Shown in pieces: positions 27,540-36,569 of a stretch of DNA of 64,000 nucleotides. This stretch comes from Sedimentisphaerales bacterium (GTDB lineage: Bacteria > Planctomycetota > Phycisphaerae > Sedimentisphaerales > SM23-30). The stretch is taken from the NCBI GenBank assembly GCA_963666285.1, contig OY762711.1; one strand, given 5' to 3'. The notes beneath the pieces are model-generated. The model was not told the origin of the DNA. It saw only the letters and a program-made list of their open reading frames with translations, and searched no databases. The first letter of the stretch is position 1; each line of letters starts with the position of its first letter. Position numbers and translations under genes: made by a program.

Positions 27540-28028
27540 ATGAAGCAAGGAATTGACAACATTGTCACACAATTAAAAACGACGCCAACTAAAGATTTGA
27601 AGCGAAAATACGCTGAGCTGTTTGGGCATAAGCCCAGTTCCAATAATAAGGCGTGGCTAGTGAAGCGTATCGCATGGGGCGTCCAGTCTCATCATCAAAA
27701 TTTGGATATATCCAAGCGAGCCAGAGAACGGGCGATTGAACTGGCAAAAACGAGTGAAATACGGACAACAATACCAAAGTTCAAGGAAATTGAACCGGAA
27801 TCAACTACTGTAACCAAACCAATTCGGTTTAATGTTGATTCACGCCTACCAATGCCAGGGGCGATCCTAACCAAAAACTACAAGGGGCAGAAAATTGAAG
27901 TTACGGTTCTTTCAGATGGCTTTCTTTACCGAGGTCGTCACTATCGCTCGCTCTCTGCTGTCGCCAAGGTAATTAGTGGATCGCATTGTAATGGATTTGT
28001 CTTTTTTGGATTGAAGAAAGGAAATTGA
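27540..28028 (+). CDS. DUF2924 domain protein
   Basis: LVKRIAW..Q; PGAILTKNYKG...YRSLSAVAKVISGSHCNGFVFFGL. Confidence 0.9.
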   Translation: MKQGIDNIVTQLKTTPTKDLKRKYAELFGHKPSSNNKAWLVKRIAWGVQSHHQNLDISKRARERAIELAKTSEIRTTIPKFKEIEPESTTVTKPIRFNVDSRLPMPGAILTKNYKGQKIEVTVLSDGFLYRGRHYRSLSAVAKVISGSHCNGFVFFGLKKGN

Positions 28029-28032
28029 TTAA

Positions 28033-29574
28033 GTGATTGCACCAAATGACAAAAATCTTCGATATGCTTTGTATTGCAGGGTCTCAACTAACCACGGTGA
28101 GGAATTAGACTATAGCTCAATAGACCACCAGGAATCATCAGGGACAAAATGGCTTACGCAAAACAAAGGAGCTTTGCCTGAAAATATTGACGTGTACAAA
28201 GACAGCGGCTTTAGTGGCGGCAATACTAATAGGCCTGCATTTAAGAGGCTTATGAAAGATATTAGAGATCATAAAATTGATGTCGTTCTTGTCAATAGGT
28301 TAGATCGGATTAGCCGATCTCTCTTTGATTTTCTTAAAATGCAAAAAGAATTTGAGAAATACAATGTCGGCTTCATTTGTGTAGAGCAGCAGATTGACAC
28401 CAGTACCGCAGCGGGCAAACTTATGCTATATATGCTTTTCAGCTTTGCTCAATTTGAACGTGAAACAATTTCGGACCGTACACGCAGTAAAATCCGAGGT
28501 GCTCGCATGCGTGGAGATTATACCGGCGGTAGACCTATCTTAGGATACGACATCGAAAGGCTCACTACTGGCTCTCAACTAATAATCAATCCAGAAGAAG
28601 CACAGCAGGTTCGAGAAATCTTTTCGCTCTATCTTGAAAAGCAATCTCTAATGCTAACTGTCAAGGAATTGAACCATAGAGGCTGGACAAGCAAACGGTG
28701 GACTACTCGCAAAGGCACCATTCAAGGCGGAAAGAAATTCAATAAAAATATGCTGCGAACACTACTAAAAAACGTCACCTATATTGGGAAAACCAGATGT
28801 GGAGAAGAAATCTACGAAGGCAGGCACGAAGCCATAATTGGTATGGACACATGGAAAAAGGTCCAGCAGTTATTTGCCAAAAACCTTCATTGTGGCGGCA
28901 TAACTGACAACACAAATCGCCGAACCGTTCTTTTGAGAAATCTGCTGTTTTGTTCGAAGTGTGGCCAGCCAATGGGCCACACTTATACAGTCAGAAACAA
29001 TATTATGTATCGTTATTATCTCTGCGAAACAGTCCATAAAATGGGCAAAGACGCCTGTGTTACTCGTCGCATTCCAGCTGTGGAAGTCGAGAAATTCGTT
29101 ATTGACCAAATTAGAAGTATTACGAAAGACCCGCAATTATTTCTACTTGCTCTCGAACAGGCAAACTCAAAGGCCATCAGTAAAAATGAAGAACTCGGTG
29201 CAGAATTTACGCAGCTTAGCAGAAAAGCAAAGCAGCTTAATCGTAAAATCCAGGCATTATGCAATAATCCTGACGTTGAAATTTCAGATGGTGTAGTTGA
29301 ACTCAATGAGCAACTTCACGAAACAGAATCTCGCCTACAGCAGATCGAAAAAGAACTAGCCATTCTTGATGGTAAACGAATCAACAGCAACGCCGCCATG
29401 GAGGCATTTCAATCCTTTGACGCCGTCTGGGATGCATTATCCCCGAAAGAACAGGCTCGCGTTTTGCAACTCCTGATCGAGCGTATCAATTACGACAGCA
29501 CACCGAATAAACAACTTATGTCCATAACGTATCGACCTAATGGCATTATGAATATGGGCAATGGAAAGGCGTAA
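28033..29574 (+). CDS. Large serine recombinase (resolvase, recombinase and zinc ribbon domains)
   Basis: YCRVST, DSGFSG, RLDRISR, FAQFERE, CSKCG...YYLC. Confidence 0.95.
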   Translation: MIAPNDKNLRYALYCRVSTNHGEELDYSSIDHQESSGTKWLTQNKGALPENIDVYKDSGFSGGNTNRPAFKRLMKDIRDHKIDVVLVNRLDRISRSLFDFLKMQKEFEKYNVGFICVEQQIDTSTAAGKLMLYMLFSFAQFERETISDRTRSKIRGARMRGDYTGGRPILGYDIERLTTGSQLIINPEEAQQVREIFSLYLEKQSLMLTVKELNHRGWTSKRWTTRKGTIQGGKKFNKNMLRTLLKNVTYIGKTRCGEEIYEGRHEAIIGMDTWKKVQQLFAKNLHCGGITDNTNRRTVLLRNLLFCSKCGQPMGHTYTVRNNIMYRYYLCETVHKMGKDACVTRRIPAVEVEKFVIDQIRSITKDPQLFLLALEQANSKAISKNEELGAEFTQLSRKAKQLNRKIQALCNNPDVEISDGVVELNEQLHETESRLQQIEKELAILDGKRINSNAAMEAFQSFDAVWDALSPKEQARVLQLLIERINYDSTPNKQLMSITYRPNGIMNMGNGKA

Positions 29575-29576
29575 AT

Positions 29577-29981
29577 ATGGAAACAGTTACCGTAGATTAT
29601 CCCATCAGCTTTGAAACACATGAACATGGCCGCAAGGTCATTCAGCATGGGCACAATATCGTTCCGGAAACACCCAAAGGCCGACCTCAGCGGATTTCGC
29701 ACCTTATGGCCTTAGCGATATACTTCGAACAACTTATCAAACAGAGAGTCGTCAAGGATTATGCCGACATTGCTCGTCTTGGCTATGTTACCCGTGCCCG
29801 CTTAAGCCAGATCATGAACCTGCGTCTATTAGCTCCTGACATTCAAGAAGCCATCCTTGACCTGTCGCCAACAACCAAGGGCCGCGACCCAATCATGGAA
29901 AGAGCCGTTCGCCCAATCACTCTTCAGCCCAACTGGACCAAACAACGGCAAATGTGGGAAAAGTTACTTGCCGACTCTTAA
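29577..29981 (+). CDS. Recombinase-associated HTH protein
   Basis: YADIARLGYVTRARLSQIMNLRLLAPDIQEAIL. Confidence 0.8.
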   Translation: METVTVDYPISFETHEHGRKVIQHGHNIVPETPKGRPQRISHLMALAIYFEQLIKQRVVKDYADIARLGYVTRARLSQIMNLRLLAPDIQEAILDLSPTTKGRDPIMERAVRPITLQPNWTKQRQMWEKLLADS

Positions 29982-30376
29982 TGAGCAAAGATATTATCGT
30001 ATATTTCTTTCTCTTGTAGCTGTTTTGCCAGCAACTTCAAATCTACTCTGCCATAAGCATCTGATCTACCAAAAATCACCATCATGCTTTGTGCTTGATC
30101 TACTTCCCATTTCCCGCCGCCCATGATATGCCATTCATTATCATGGATATTGTATTTTGTTTGTGCGGCATTGTATGTCCCGGCAATATTATGCTGACGG
30201 CAGAATCTTTCAGCAATATTAGCATGCCACTTCGATAGTTCAGCAGGCGAAAACACCGCCCATCGACTACTGCCATTAGCAATAAGAATGAATTTCCCCG
30301 ATCTTTTATCTGGCAGTGGCTCGTTATTGATATCGCAAAACCACTGCGATGAATAATCAACATACTCTAAGTTCAA
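29978..30376 (-). CDS. Janus/Ocnus (PHPT1)-like protein
   Basis: GKFILI...WHANI...GGG...IFGRSDAYG; TTG start after GGAGG. Confidence 0.6.
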   Translation of the reverse strand: MNLEYVDYSSQWFCDINNEPLPDKRSGKFILIANGSSRWAVFSPAELSKWHANIAERFCRQHNIAGTYNAAQTKYNIHDNEWHIMGGGKWEVDQAQSMMVIFGRSDAYGRVDLKLLAKQLQEKEIYDNIFAH

Positions 30377-30396
30377 AACTAACCTCCATGTTATTC

Positions 30397-31383
30397 TTAG
30401 TTCTCTCCCTCTAGCCACTGGCAGGCCAACATCGCTAAATCTTCCAGATCCACATAACAGTCACCCGTCAGGTCAGCGGTGACGCTGCAGGGTTTAATGC
30501 TGAATGGTTCACTCGTTCCCAGAATAGCTGTACCGTCGGCGGCGGTTGCCTGAATGATACAGCTTTCGCTGTCAATCCCAGCGGGGATATGCCAATACAC
30601 CGGCCCGGCTAAGTGCAGACTGTTGTCGATGCTCGCAAAGGTCACACCGTTGTCGATAGAGAATTGCAGTTTGGTATAGCCCGATGTGTTATTACTAAAA
30701 CCAATGGCTATGATGTGATCGCTGTAACTCAGATTGCCGCTATTGATAACAATCTCCGAGATCGGCGGGACAGCTTCTATTTTATCAATATTCCCACCAT
30801 ATTGAGCTCCTCCAGCAGTTGTCCCAATTACTCCATTAATGTATGGGTTGTTGGTATCAATGCTTAGGGTTAGGTCTTGAAGTGAATTATATACACCATC
30901 TCCATTGGAGTCAAGATCTTTTAGGTCTCCCCAAACGTTAAACATCATTGAGTTTCCATTTCCAAATGTTTCGTAATCTCCAGGTCTTCCGTCCTTATGC
31001 CCTGCACTGATTACACCATTTGTATCCATTGAGGTGTACCAACCGTCTTTAACATTACTACCTGTAGCTATTTGTGTAAGCATATTGTCAATTACAGTTT
31101 GTTTGTCTGTGTATGGGTTATTTTGTGCAATGCTGTCTGCTAGGCCTTCGATTAGTCCAGTAATTTGTAAGCTGTCTAATTCAACACCTTGGTAGTCATT
31201 AAGAATATTAAAGTGGATACCATATCCGCCCATTCCAGATGGGTTGTATAGGTTTGATTGTTGAGTAAATACAACAGTAGTGGTATTTCGAGCCTCAGCC
31301 CTATGTGGCAGTGCAATTGCACAAAGCAGTATTAAAAGTATGAATCTCTTTGTCACCATATCGTTTTCCTGTTTTCTCACCAA
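30397..31383 (-). CDS. Secreted protein with dockerin-like C-terminus; N-domain paralogous to the PEP-CTERM protein
   Basis: Signal peptide; ADLTGDCYVDLEDLAMLACQWL; shared GLADSIA and NPYINGVIGT. Confidence 0.85.
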   Translation of the reverse strand: MVRKQENDMVTKRFILLILLCAIALPHRAEARNTTTVVFTQQSNLYNPSGMGGYGIHFNILNDYQGVELDSLQITGLIEGLADSIAQNNPYTDKQTVIDNMLTQIATGSNVKDGWYTSMDTNGVISAGHKDGRPGDYETFGNGNSMMFNVWGDLKDLDSNGDGVYNSLQDLTLSIDTNNPYINGVIGTTAGGAQYGGNIDKIEAVPPISEIVINSGNLSYSDHIIAIGFSNNTSGYTKLQFSIDNGVTFASIDNSLHLAGPVYWHIPAGIDSESCIIQATAADGTAILGTSEPFSIKPCSVTADLTGDCYVDLEDLAMLACQWLEGEN

Positions 31384-31693
31384 ATTGCAATCTCAATAAT
31401 ATAGATAACTTCCTTTGCTAAATCAAATTAGGCATAGTCAATTATACAAAATTCCGGTAGGAAATGCAAATTTATGAAGCTCAATCAATCCCGTTGTGTT
31501 CGGGGTTCGATTGCAACGGGCCTGTTAACCAGCCGGGGGCAAATATTCAGAGAGTTTGAGAGATTTTCTGGTATTGATCGATATTCGTTCGTAACACCGG
31601 CGGTTTGCATCGGTTGTGCAAGTCTCACAATAAAAACACAGAGAGAAACCGGAAAAGGTGAAAATGACGCTAAGTCTTTACACAGAAGGGGTT

Positions 31694-31730
31694 AAAAGAA
31701 AAAGGCCACAGGGTTTATCCTGTAGCCTTT
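31694..31730 (-). terminator. Intrinsic terminator downstream of tRNA-Asn
   Basis: Minus strand AAAGGCTACAGG-ATAAAC-CCTGTGGCCTTT then TTCTTTT. Confidence 0.65.
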
Positions 31731-31774
31731 GTTGTTAACAAGTGGGTCGCTAAGGTTAGCGACCCAACATAAAG

Positions 31775-31847
31775 CTCCCCGAACTGGACTCGAACCAGTA
31801 ACCTAGCGGTTAACAGCCGCTCGCTCTACCAATTGAGCTATCAGGGA
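31775..31847 (-). tRNA. tRNA-Asn(GTT), CCA not encoded
   Basis: TCCCTGA TAGCTCAATTGGTAGAGC G AGCGG CTGTTAA CCGCT AGGTT ACTGG TTCGAGT CCAGT TCGGGGA G forms a full cloverleaf. Confidence 0.97.
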
Positions 31848-32155
31848 ATATATTGGTATAAGTCCGGCAATAGCCGGGATTTATTTACTTGTAATTTTCG
31901 CCGGTAATTAACTGACGAGTTACATATCATATAAATATATATCAGTTATGTCAACGTTAAATATTAGTAAAATACTGTTTTTTTAGAAATGCCATAAAAT
32001 ATTTACCAATAGTAACTTATCTTAAGTTATGGCAATTAAAAACAACAAATTATGACATAATTTCGACAAAAACCTGAAAATTGTAAATATTCATAAGTAT
32101 ATATTCCATCAGCAGTTCAAGAACATATTACCAAAATGCAGCTTCTGCCGCCCTA

Positions 32156-34159
32156 TCATTCTGCCTGCTCAAGTCTGATATAATCTATGCCCAGCATATT
32201 ACCAGGCTTAGCCTTTGGATTCGGCTTCAATACCTGGAATCTAAATACATGTTCTCCTTTATCCAGCTGGAGAATGCCCAATTCAATCTGTCGCAAATTT
32301 ACCCCTTGCGGCACATAGAAATCCTCACTCTTGATCAGTTCCCGCCCATCAAGAGTAACGCAAAAACAACCATAATCAATCGCAGTTATTGTCTGAAGCG
32401 TTGCATTGTAACGCCCTTTACCTGGCAGCTGGAAGGCAAATTCCAGCACATCACCGACCTTTGCATCTTTCCACCATAAATGCGTGCCGTTACTGGTGCC
32501 CCAGTTACCTTTCTGCGGCTCGGTAAAGCCGCCGGAAACTCTACGCAATTGAGTATCTTCACCTTCGATAAGCAAATTATACTTGCCAACCTTAGCTGCC
32601 GCCATTTCCGGCATGACTTCGCCATTATCAATGGCCCCGCCAAAAGCATACCAGTAGGTTGTTGAAGCATAATCAATATCAGTAGCCTGCCAGTGCCAAA
32701 GCTCCATATCAAATTTAATCGATTCGGTAAAAGGTATAATATCGAGCAGCCTTACGCGGGTATTTGTACTATGACCGACTTTGCTATTGCCGAAACCCTC
32801 AGGCTGGGCATGAAACGGAGAGGTAAAATATTCGGAACAGCACCAGGCATAGCCAAAATAATCTTCGGTACCGGTACCAAAATGAGAAGGAAATTGCTCT
32901 CCATCAACAAATACTTTCTCATCACCTTCCCCCCACCATGCATTCGCCCGATTGAATACCGCCAGGGTATCTCCGGCATAGACACCTTTACCTTTAACTG
33001 TTATAAAATTCCAGTCCGACATTCGGGAACGATCAGAACCGTAAACCGGTATTTGCTCATCAGCCCGCCAGGAAGCATGAAAATACATGGTACGATCTGT
33101 CCATTGATATTCTGCGACACCAATCTCACCAAGCTCTACACTCACATCAGCGTTTCCATAATTGGTAATAGTAACGCTCGCTGCATCCTTGTACGGCATA
33201 GGCCAGTAACAGCTCATCCATCCATCAGAACCAACTTCACGCCACCAGCCTTTATAAGGTTTCAACCCAACTCCGGTACCAAAGAATTCGCCTATCGGCA
33301 CCCAAACCGTTTGTTTCCCATCAAATTCAGCACTAATGACAGTTGATCGCATAGCCTGCTCGATATTTTCCGCCCCTATCCTGATTTTTAGAGTGCTGAT
33401 ACAGCCGGAACCTTTCAGATCACGGTTAATCGACTTACCGACAGAAAGCACTGTTTTCTTACCGGTAACAGTTTTCGAGACTGTCATTCTATTGGCCAGC
33501 GGTTCAAGCAATTGTTTCTGTACATTCTCGATCAATTCAGAGTTTTTCTTGAAATCAGCCATTGAGAATGTCTGAATATCTGTACCTTTGGGATACTGCC
33601 GATAATTGATATTATAATATATATTATCATTAAAATCTTTGCTTTCCCTGGCATGCGGGCCATCATAGGTTATTTTACAGTGTTTGCGATACGGTATCGG
33701 CAGATAAAGATTACGCCCCCTGGATGCCTCGGCATTAAGCGGAGGACCTAACAAAATACCACCGCCAATCAATTTATCTGCTTTTCCCTGGAATACAGGC
33801 TCATCTGAGTCATCCAGATAAACGCGAATAGTGCCTTTATATTTGAACCCGGTAATCCACCAGCGGACAATCACTCCCGGACCGTCAACATCCATCATTA
33901 CCCATTCACGTCTGCCATTTATCTCATCACAGCGAACAAAATTCGACCAGTCATCGTTGGCAAACCAGTCCGGATTACCGGGAGTTTTACTCTTAGGGTC
34001 ATAACTGCTTACCTGCCTGCAAGTATAGTCACCAGCCGGATATTCGGCAATAGAATTACGATCCAGCATATCTTCTAGTAAACTGCCAAGCGAAATAACT
34101 TCGGCATTAACAATATTAACTGAAAGCAAACATATAATTACAAAAATACCTTTTTTCAT
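32156..34159 (-). CDS. DUF2961/GH172 family glycoside hydrolase, secreted, with C-terminal CBM-like domain
   Basis: WWGEGDEK, GTGTEDYFG; signal peptide. Confidence 0.85.
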   Translation of the reverse strand: MKKGIFVIICLLSVNIVNAEVISLGSLLEDMLDRNSIAEYPAGDYTCRQVSSYDPKSKTPGNPDWFANDDWSNFVRCDEINGRREWVMMDVDGPGVIVRWWITGFKYKGTIRVYLDDSDEPVFQGKADKLIGGGILLGPPLNAEASRGRNLYLPIPYRKHCKITYDGPHARESKDFNDNIYYNINYRQYPKGTDIQTFSMADFKKNSELIENVQKQLLEPLANRMTVSKTVTGKKTVLSVGKSINRDLKGSGCISTLKIRIGAENIEQAMRSTVISAEFDGKQTVWVPIGEFFGTGVGLKPYKGWWREVGSDGWMSCYWPMPYKDAASVTITNYGNADVSVELGEIGVAEYQWTDRTMYFHASWRADEQIPVYGSDRSRMSDWNFITVKGKGVYAGDTLAVFNRANAWWGEGDEKVFVDGEQFPSHFGTGTEDYFGYAWCCSEYFTSPFHAQPEGFGNSKVGHSTNTRVRLLDIIPFTESIKFDMELWHWQATDIDYASTTYWYAFGGAIDNGEVMPEMAAAKVGKYNLLIEGEDTQLRRVSGGFTEPQKGNWGTSNGTHLWWKDAKVGDVLEFAFQLPGKGRYNATLQTITAIDYGCFCVTLDGRELIKSEDFYVPQGVNLRQIELGILQLDKGEHVFRFQVLKPNPKAKPGNMLGIDYIRLEQAE

Positions 34160-34209
34160 TTGGCCACCTCAATAAACAGGATTTTAATTCATATAATTAT
34201 ACAGTTTAT

Positions 34210-34255
34210 AAAAACAAAACCCACCTCAAAATTCAATTTCTTTGAGATGGGTTTT
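34210..34255. terminator. Intrinsic terminator-like hairpin
   Basis: AAAACCCACCTCAAA...TTTGAGATGGGTTTT. Confidence 0.6.
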
Positions 34256-34278
34256 TATTTACGGTCAAAAATATTTGT

Positions 34279-36483
34279 TTACCAGACTGGGTTCAATTCA
34301 TAAATATCCATATTTTCAACTGAAGCATTGCCATTAACGCTTAACTCCAATGTATTTTGATTTTCAGATATATCAACACCAATAGGCATGTAAACACTGC
34401 CGCCATTGGCAAATATCTCAATACTCATACGGTCAACAAGCAATTCCAGGCTGATCTTTCCATCCACCAACGCCAAAGAAGCGGTCTTACCCTGACAGTT
34501 AAGCTGCTGCGATGCAACATCGTATGTTACCGGCACACCGCGGATAACAAATTTCACTTCTGCTGCTTCCTGCGGCTTAATTTCAGACTTAATATGGAAA
34601 AGTTCACCTGATAATGAAGAAAGTAAATTACTGCCTGACCGGACAACCTGATTTTCCCAATGTAAATGATTCTTATGCAAGGATGTAATTTCTTCTACCG
34701 GGTTCACAAATACTCGCAGACCGGCATTTGTTGTATGCAGCGTTAACTCTACCGGAAAGAGGATCATCTGGTTGAAAGGCATGCCATGCATTTCAATCCC
34801 ACGTCCCCAGCCCATCTGGATACGTCTGCCGTCTGTTTCAGGTATATTATTAAAAGTCTGAGATGCGTAGAAACAATTTCCATATTCAAATTTAATCATA
34901 TCAGTTTCCGGAATAAATGTTTCGCCATCAAAGCTGCCTATTTTATAGTCGCCGCTTGCTCCGTAAACCACCCATTTGGTATTGCCGGAATCGCCATCAA
35001 CCGGCAGTTCAAACAGTTCAGGACATTCAAAGAAACCTTCGATATCACTCTTTCTTTGCCAAGATTTAAGATCACTGGAATTAAAAATCGAAAGAGTAGA
35101 ACCATCAATATAAACAACCATTACCCATTTACCGCTGACTTCATGCCAGAACACTTTCGGGTCACGAGTACCTCCGGCGATTTGAGAAACAACGGGATTA
35201 TTAGCAAATTTGGACCAGGTATGACCACTGTCATTACTATATGCCATAGACTGTGTAAACGGCTGACTGCTTGACCAGCGACTGGTACCGCCGGCAGAAG
35301 TATAGAAAGCAACCAATGTTTTTTCGCTGCCGGATTGCAGCCCGCTGGTATTATTATAATCAACCAGAGCCGAACCAGAAAAAATCGTACCCAGCTGGTC
35401 TGGATGCAATGCATCGCCCAACTCCTGCCAGTGCAGCATATCCGTACTTACCGCATGTCCCCAGGTCATATTCCCCCAGCCCCATCCATAAGGATTATGC
35501 TGATAGAATAGATGATACTGACCATCATAATAAACCATACCATTAGTATCATTTACCCAGCCCCGACGGGTTGTATAATGGAATTGCGGGCGTTTACTTT
35601 CATTATACATTTCTTCCATCCCCGGAAATGTATCAGAGTTTTTTACGGCATTAAAACCTAATTTCCAATCGGAAGTATACCTGTCTATCCTTACCACACC
35701 GGCTTTACCCTGAAACTCACTTACATCCAGATAAACCCAGAAATCGGCTTCTTCAATCGCAAGTTCGATATCAAACTCCCTTACCATTACTCCATCAATA
35801 AATAGACTAATCCATCGTTTGGCTGCCCCATTCTTTACAGGAAAGATAAGGTATTTATTAGAAAAACTAATCTCAATATCTTTATCTAAAACCACTTCCT
35901 GTTTTTTGCTACTTTGAACTATGTGATCGATGTTTATATGACCCCAACCGCCGGTACGATTATCAACTATCTCTATGTTAACCTTTTTACCCATAAACTC
36001 AGCAACATCCCAGGAGCTCCAATCCAGGTATTCAGTGCCACCGGAAGCTATATTGGGCCCAACTGCCGTCCTGACAACCTGCCCATCTAAAAGGAGATTT
36101 ATACAGGTTTCACCTTCATAGCCGCCACCGCCAATAAGAAAATTGATATAATGACGCACTACCTTGAATTCAGGTGAAGTTAATTTACCAACAGTTCCAT
36201 CTCCACCAAAATATGAATTAACTAAGCCACTGCCTTTATAACCGGAAACCTGCATCTGGTCGGGAAGTGTTCCCTGGGCCGGGCCGGAGCCAAAGGCTTC
36301 ACCTTCAACCAGCCAGCTGCCATAATCACTGCCTTCAAAGTCGGCTATTATTACATCATTTGTATCAGCCTGCCTGAATGTCTCGTAAGCCAGCACTTTT
36401 GCAGACGCCGACAAGACCGGAATTAACACCAGTAAAAGTAAATATCTAATAATCTTATTTTCTGCTTTCTTCATACAATACAA
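34279..36483 (-). CDS. GH32 beta-fructosidase/levanase, secreted
   Basis: WVNDTNG, WGHAVS, FSGS, RDP, FECP. Confidence 0.93.
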   Translation of the reverse strand: MYCMKKAENKIIRYLLLLVLIPVLSASAKVLAYETFRQADTNDVIIADFEGSDYGSWLVEGEAFGSGPAQGTLPDQMQVSGYKGSGLVNSYFGGDGTVGKLTSPEFKVVRHYINFLIGGGGYEGETCINLLLDGQVVRTAVGPNIASGGTEYLDWSSWDVAEFMGKKVNIEIVDNRTGGWGHINIDHIVQSSKKQEVVLDKDIEISFSNKYLIFPVKNGAAKRWISLFIDGVMVREFDIELAIEEADFWVYLDVSEFQGKAGVVRIDRYTSDWKLGFNAVKNSDTFPGMEEMYNESKRPQFHYTTRRGWVNDTNGMVYYDGQYHLFYQHNPYGWGWGNMTWGHAVSTDMLHWQELGDALHPDQLGTIFSGSALVDYNNTSGLQSGSEKTLVAFYTSAGGTSRWSSSQPFTQSMAYSNDSGHTWSKFANNPVVSQIAGGTRDPKVFWHEVSGKWVMVVYIDGSTLSIFNSSDLKSWQRKSDIEGFFECPELFELPVDGDSGNTKWVVYGASGDYKIGSFDGETFIPETDMIKFEYGNCFYASQTFNNIPETDGRRIQMGWGRGIEMHGMPFNQMILFPVELTLHTTNAGLRVFVNPVEEITSLHKNHLHWENQVVRSGSNLLSSLSGELFHIKSEIKPQEAAEVKFVIRGVPVTYDVASQQLNCQGKTASLALVDGKISLELLVDRMSIEIFANGGSVYMPIGVDISENQNTLELSVNGNASVENMDIYELNPVW

Positions 36484-36504
36484 TTCCTTTTGAGATATTT
36501 TAAC

Positions 36505-36547
36505 AAAAAAATACCAGCCTTCTGCAATAGACAGCCAAAGGCTGGTA
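36505..36547 (-). terminator. Intergenic hairpin with T tract on the minus strand
   Basis: TACCAGCCTT...AAGGCTGGTA. Confidence 0.5.
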
Positions 36548-36569
36548 CAATTTTAATCATAATAATTGC

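Larger units (their letters stand above)
1..31774. mobile_element. Genomic island adjoining the 3' end of tRNA-Asn (left end outside window)
   Basis: Contains RM, two tyrosine recombinases, a DUF2924-serine recombinase module, defence-like genes and ORFans; ends at the tRNA-Asn 3' end, beyond which only metabolic and housekeeping genes occur. The second att copy is not visible in the window. Confidence 0.85.

Noticed and set aside
31474..31695. 73-aa ORF near the island end
   Set aside because: Lies in the att-proximal non-coding region; no SD or motif.
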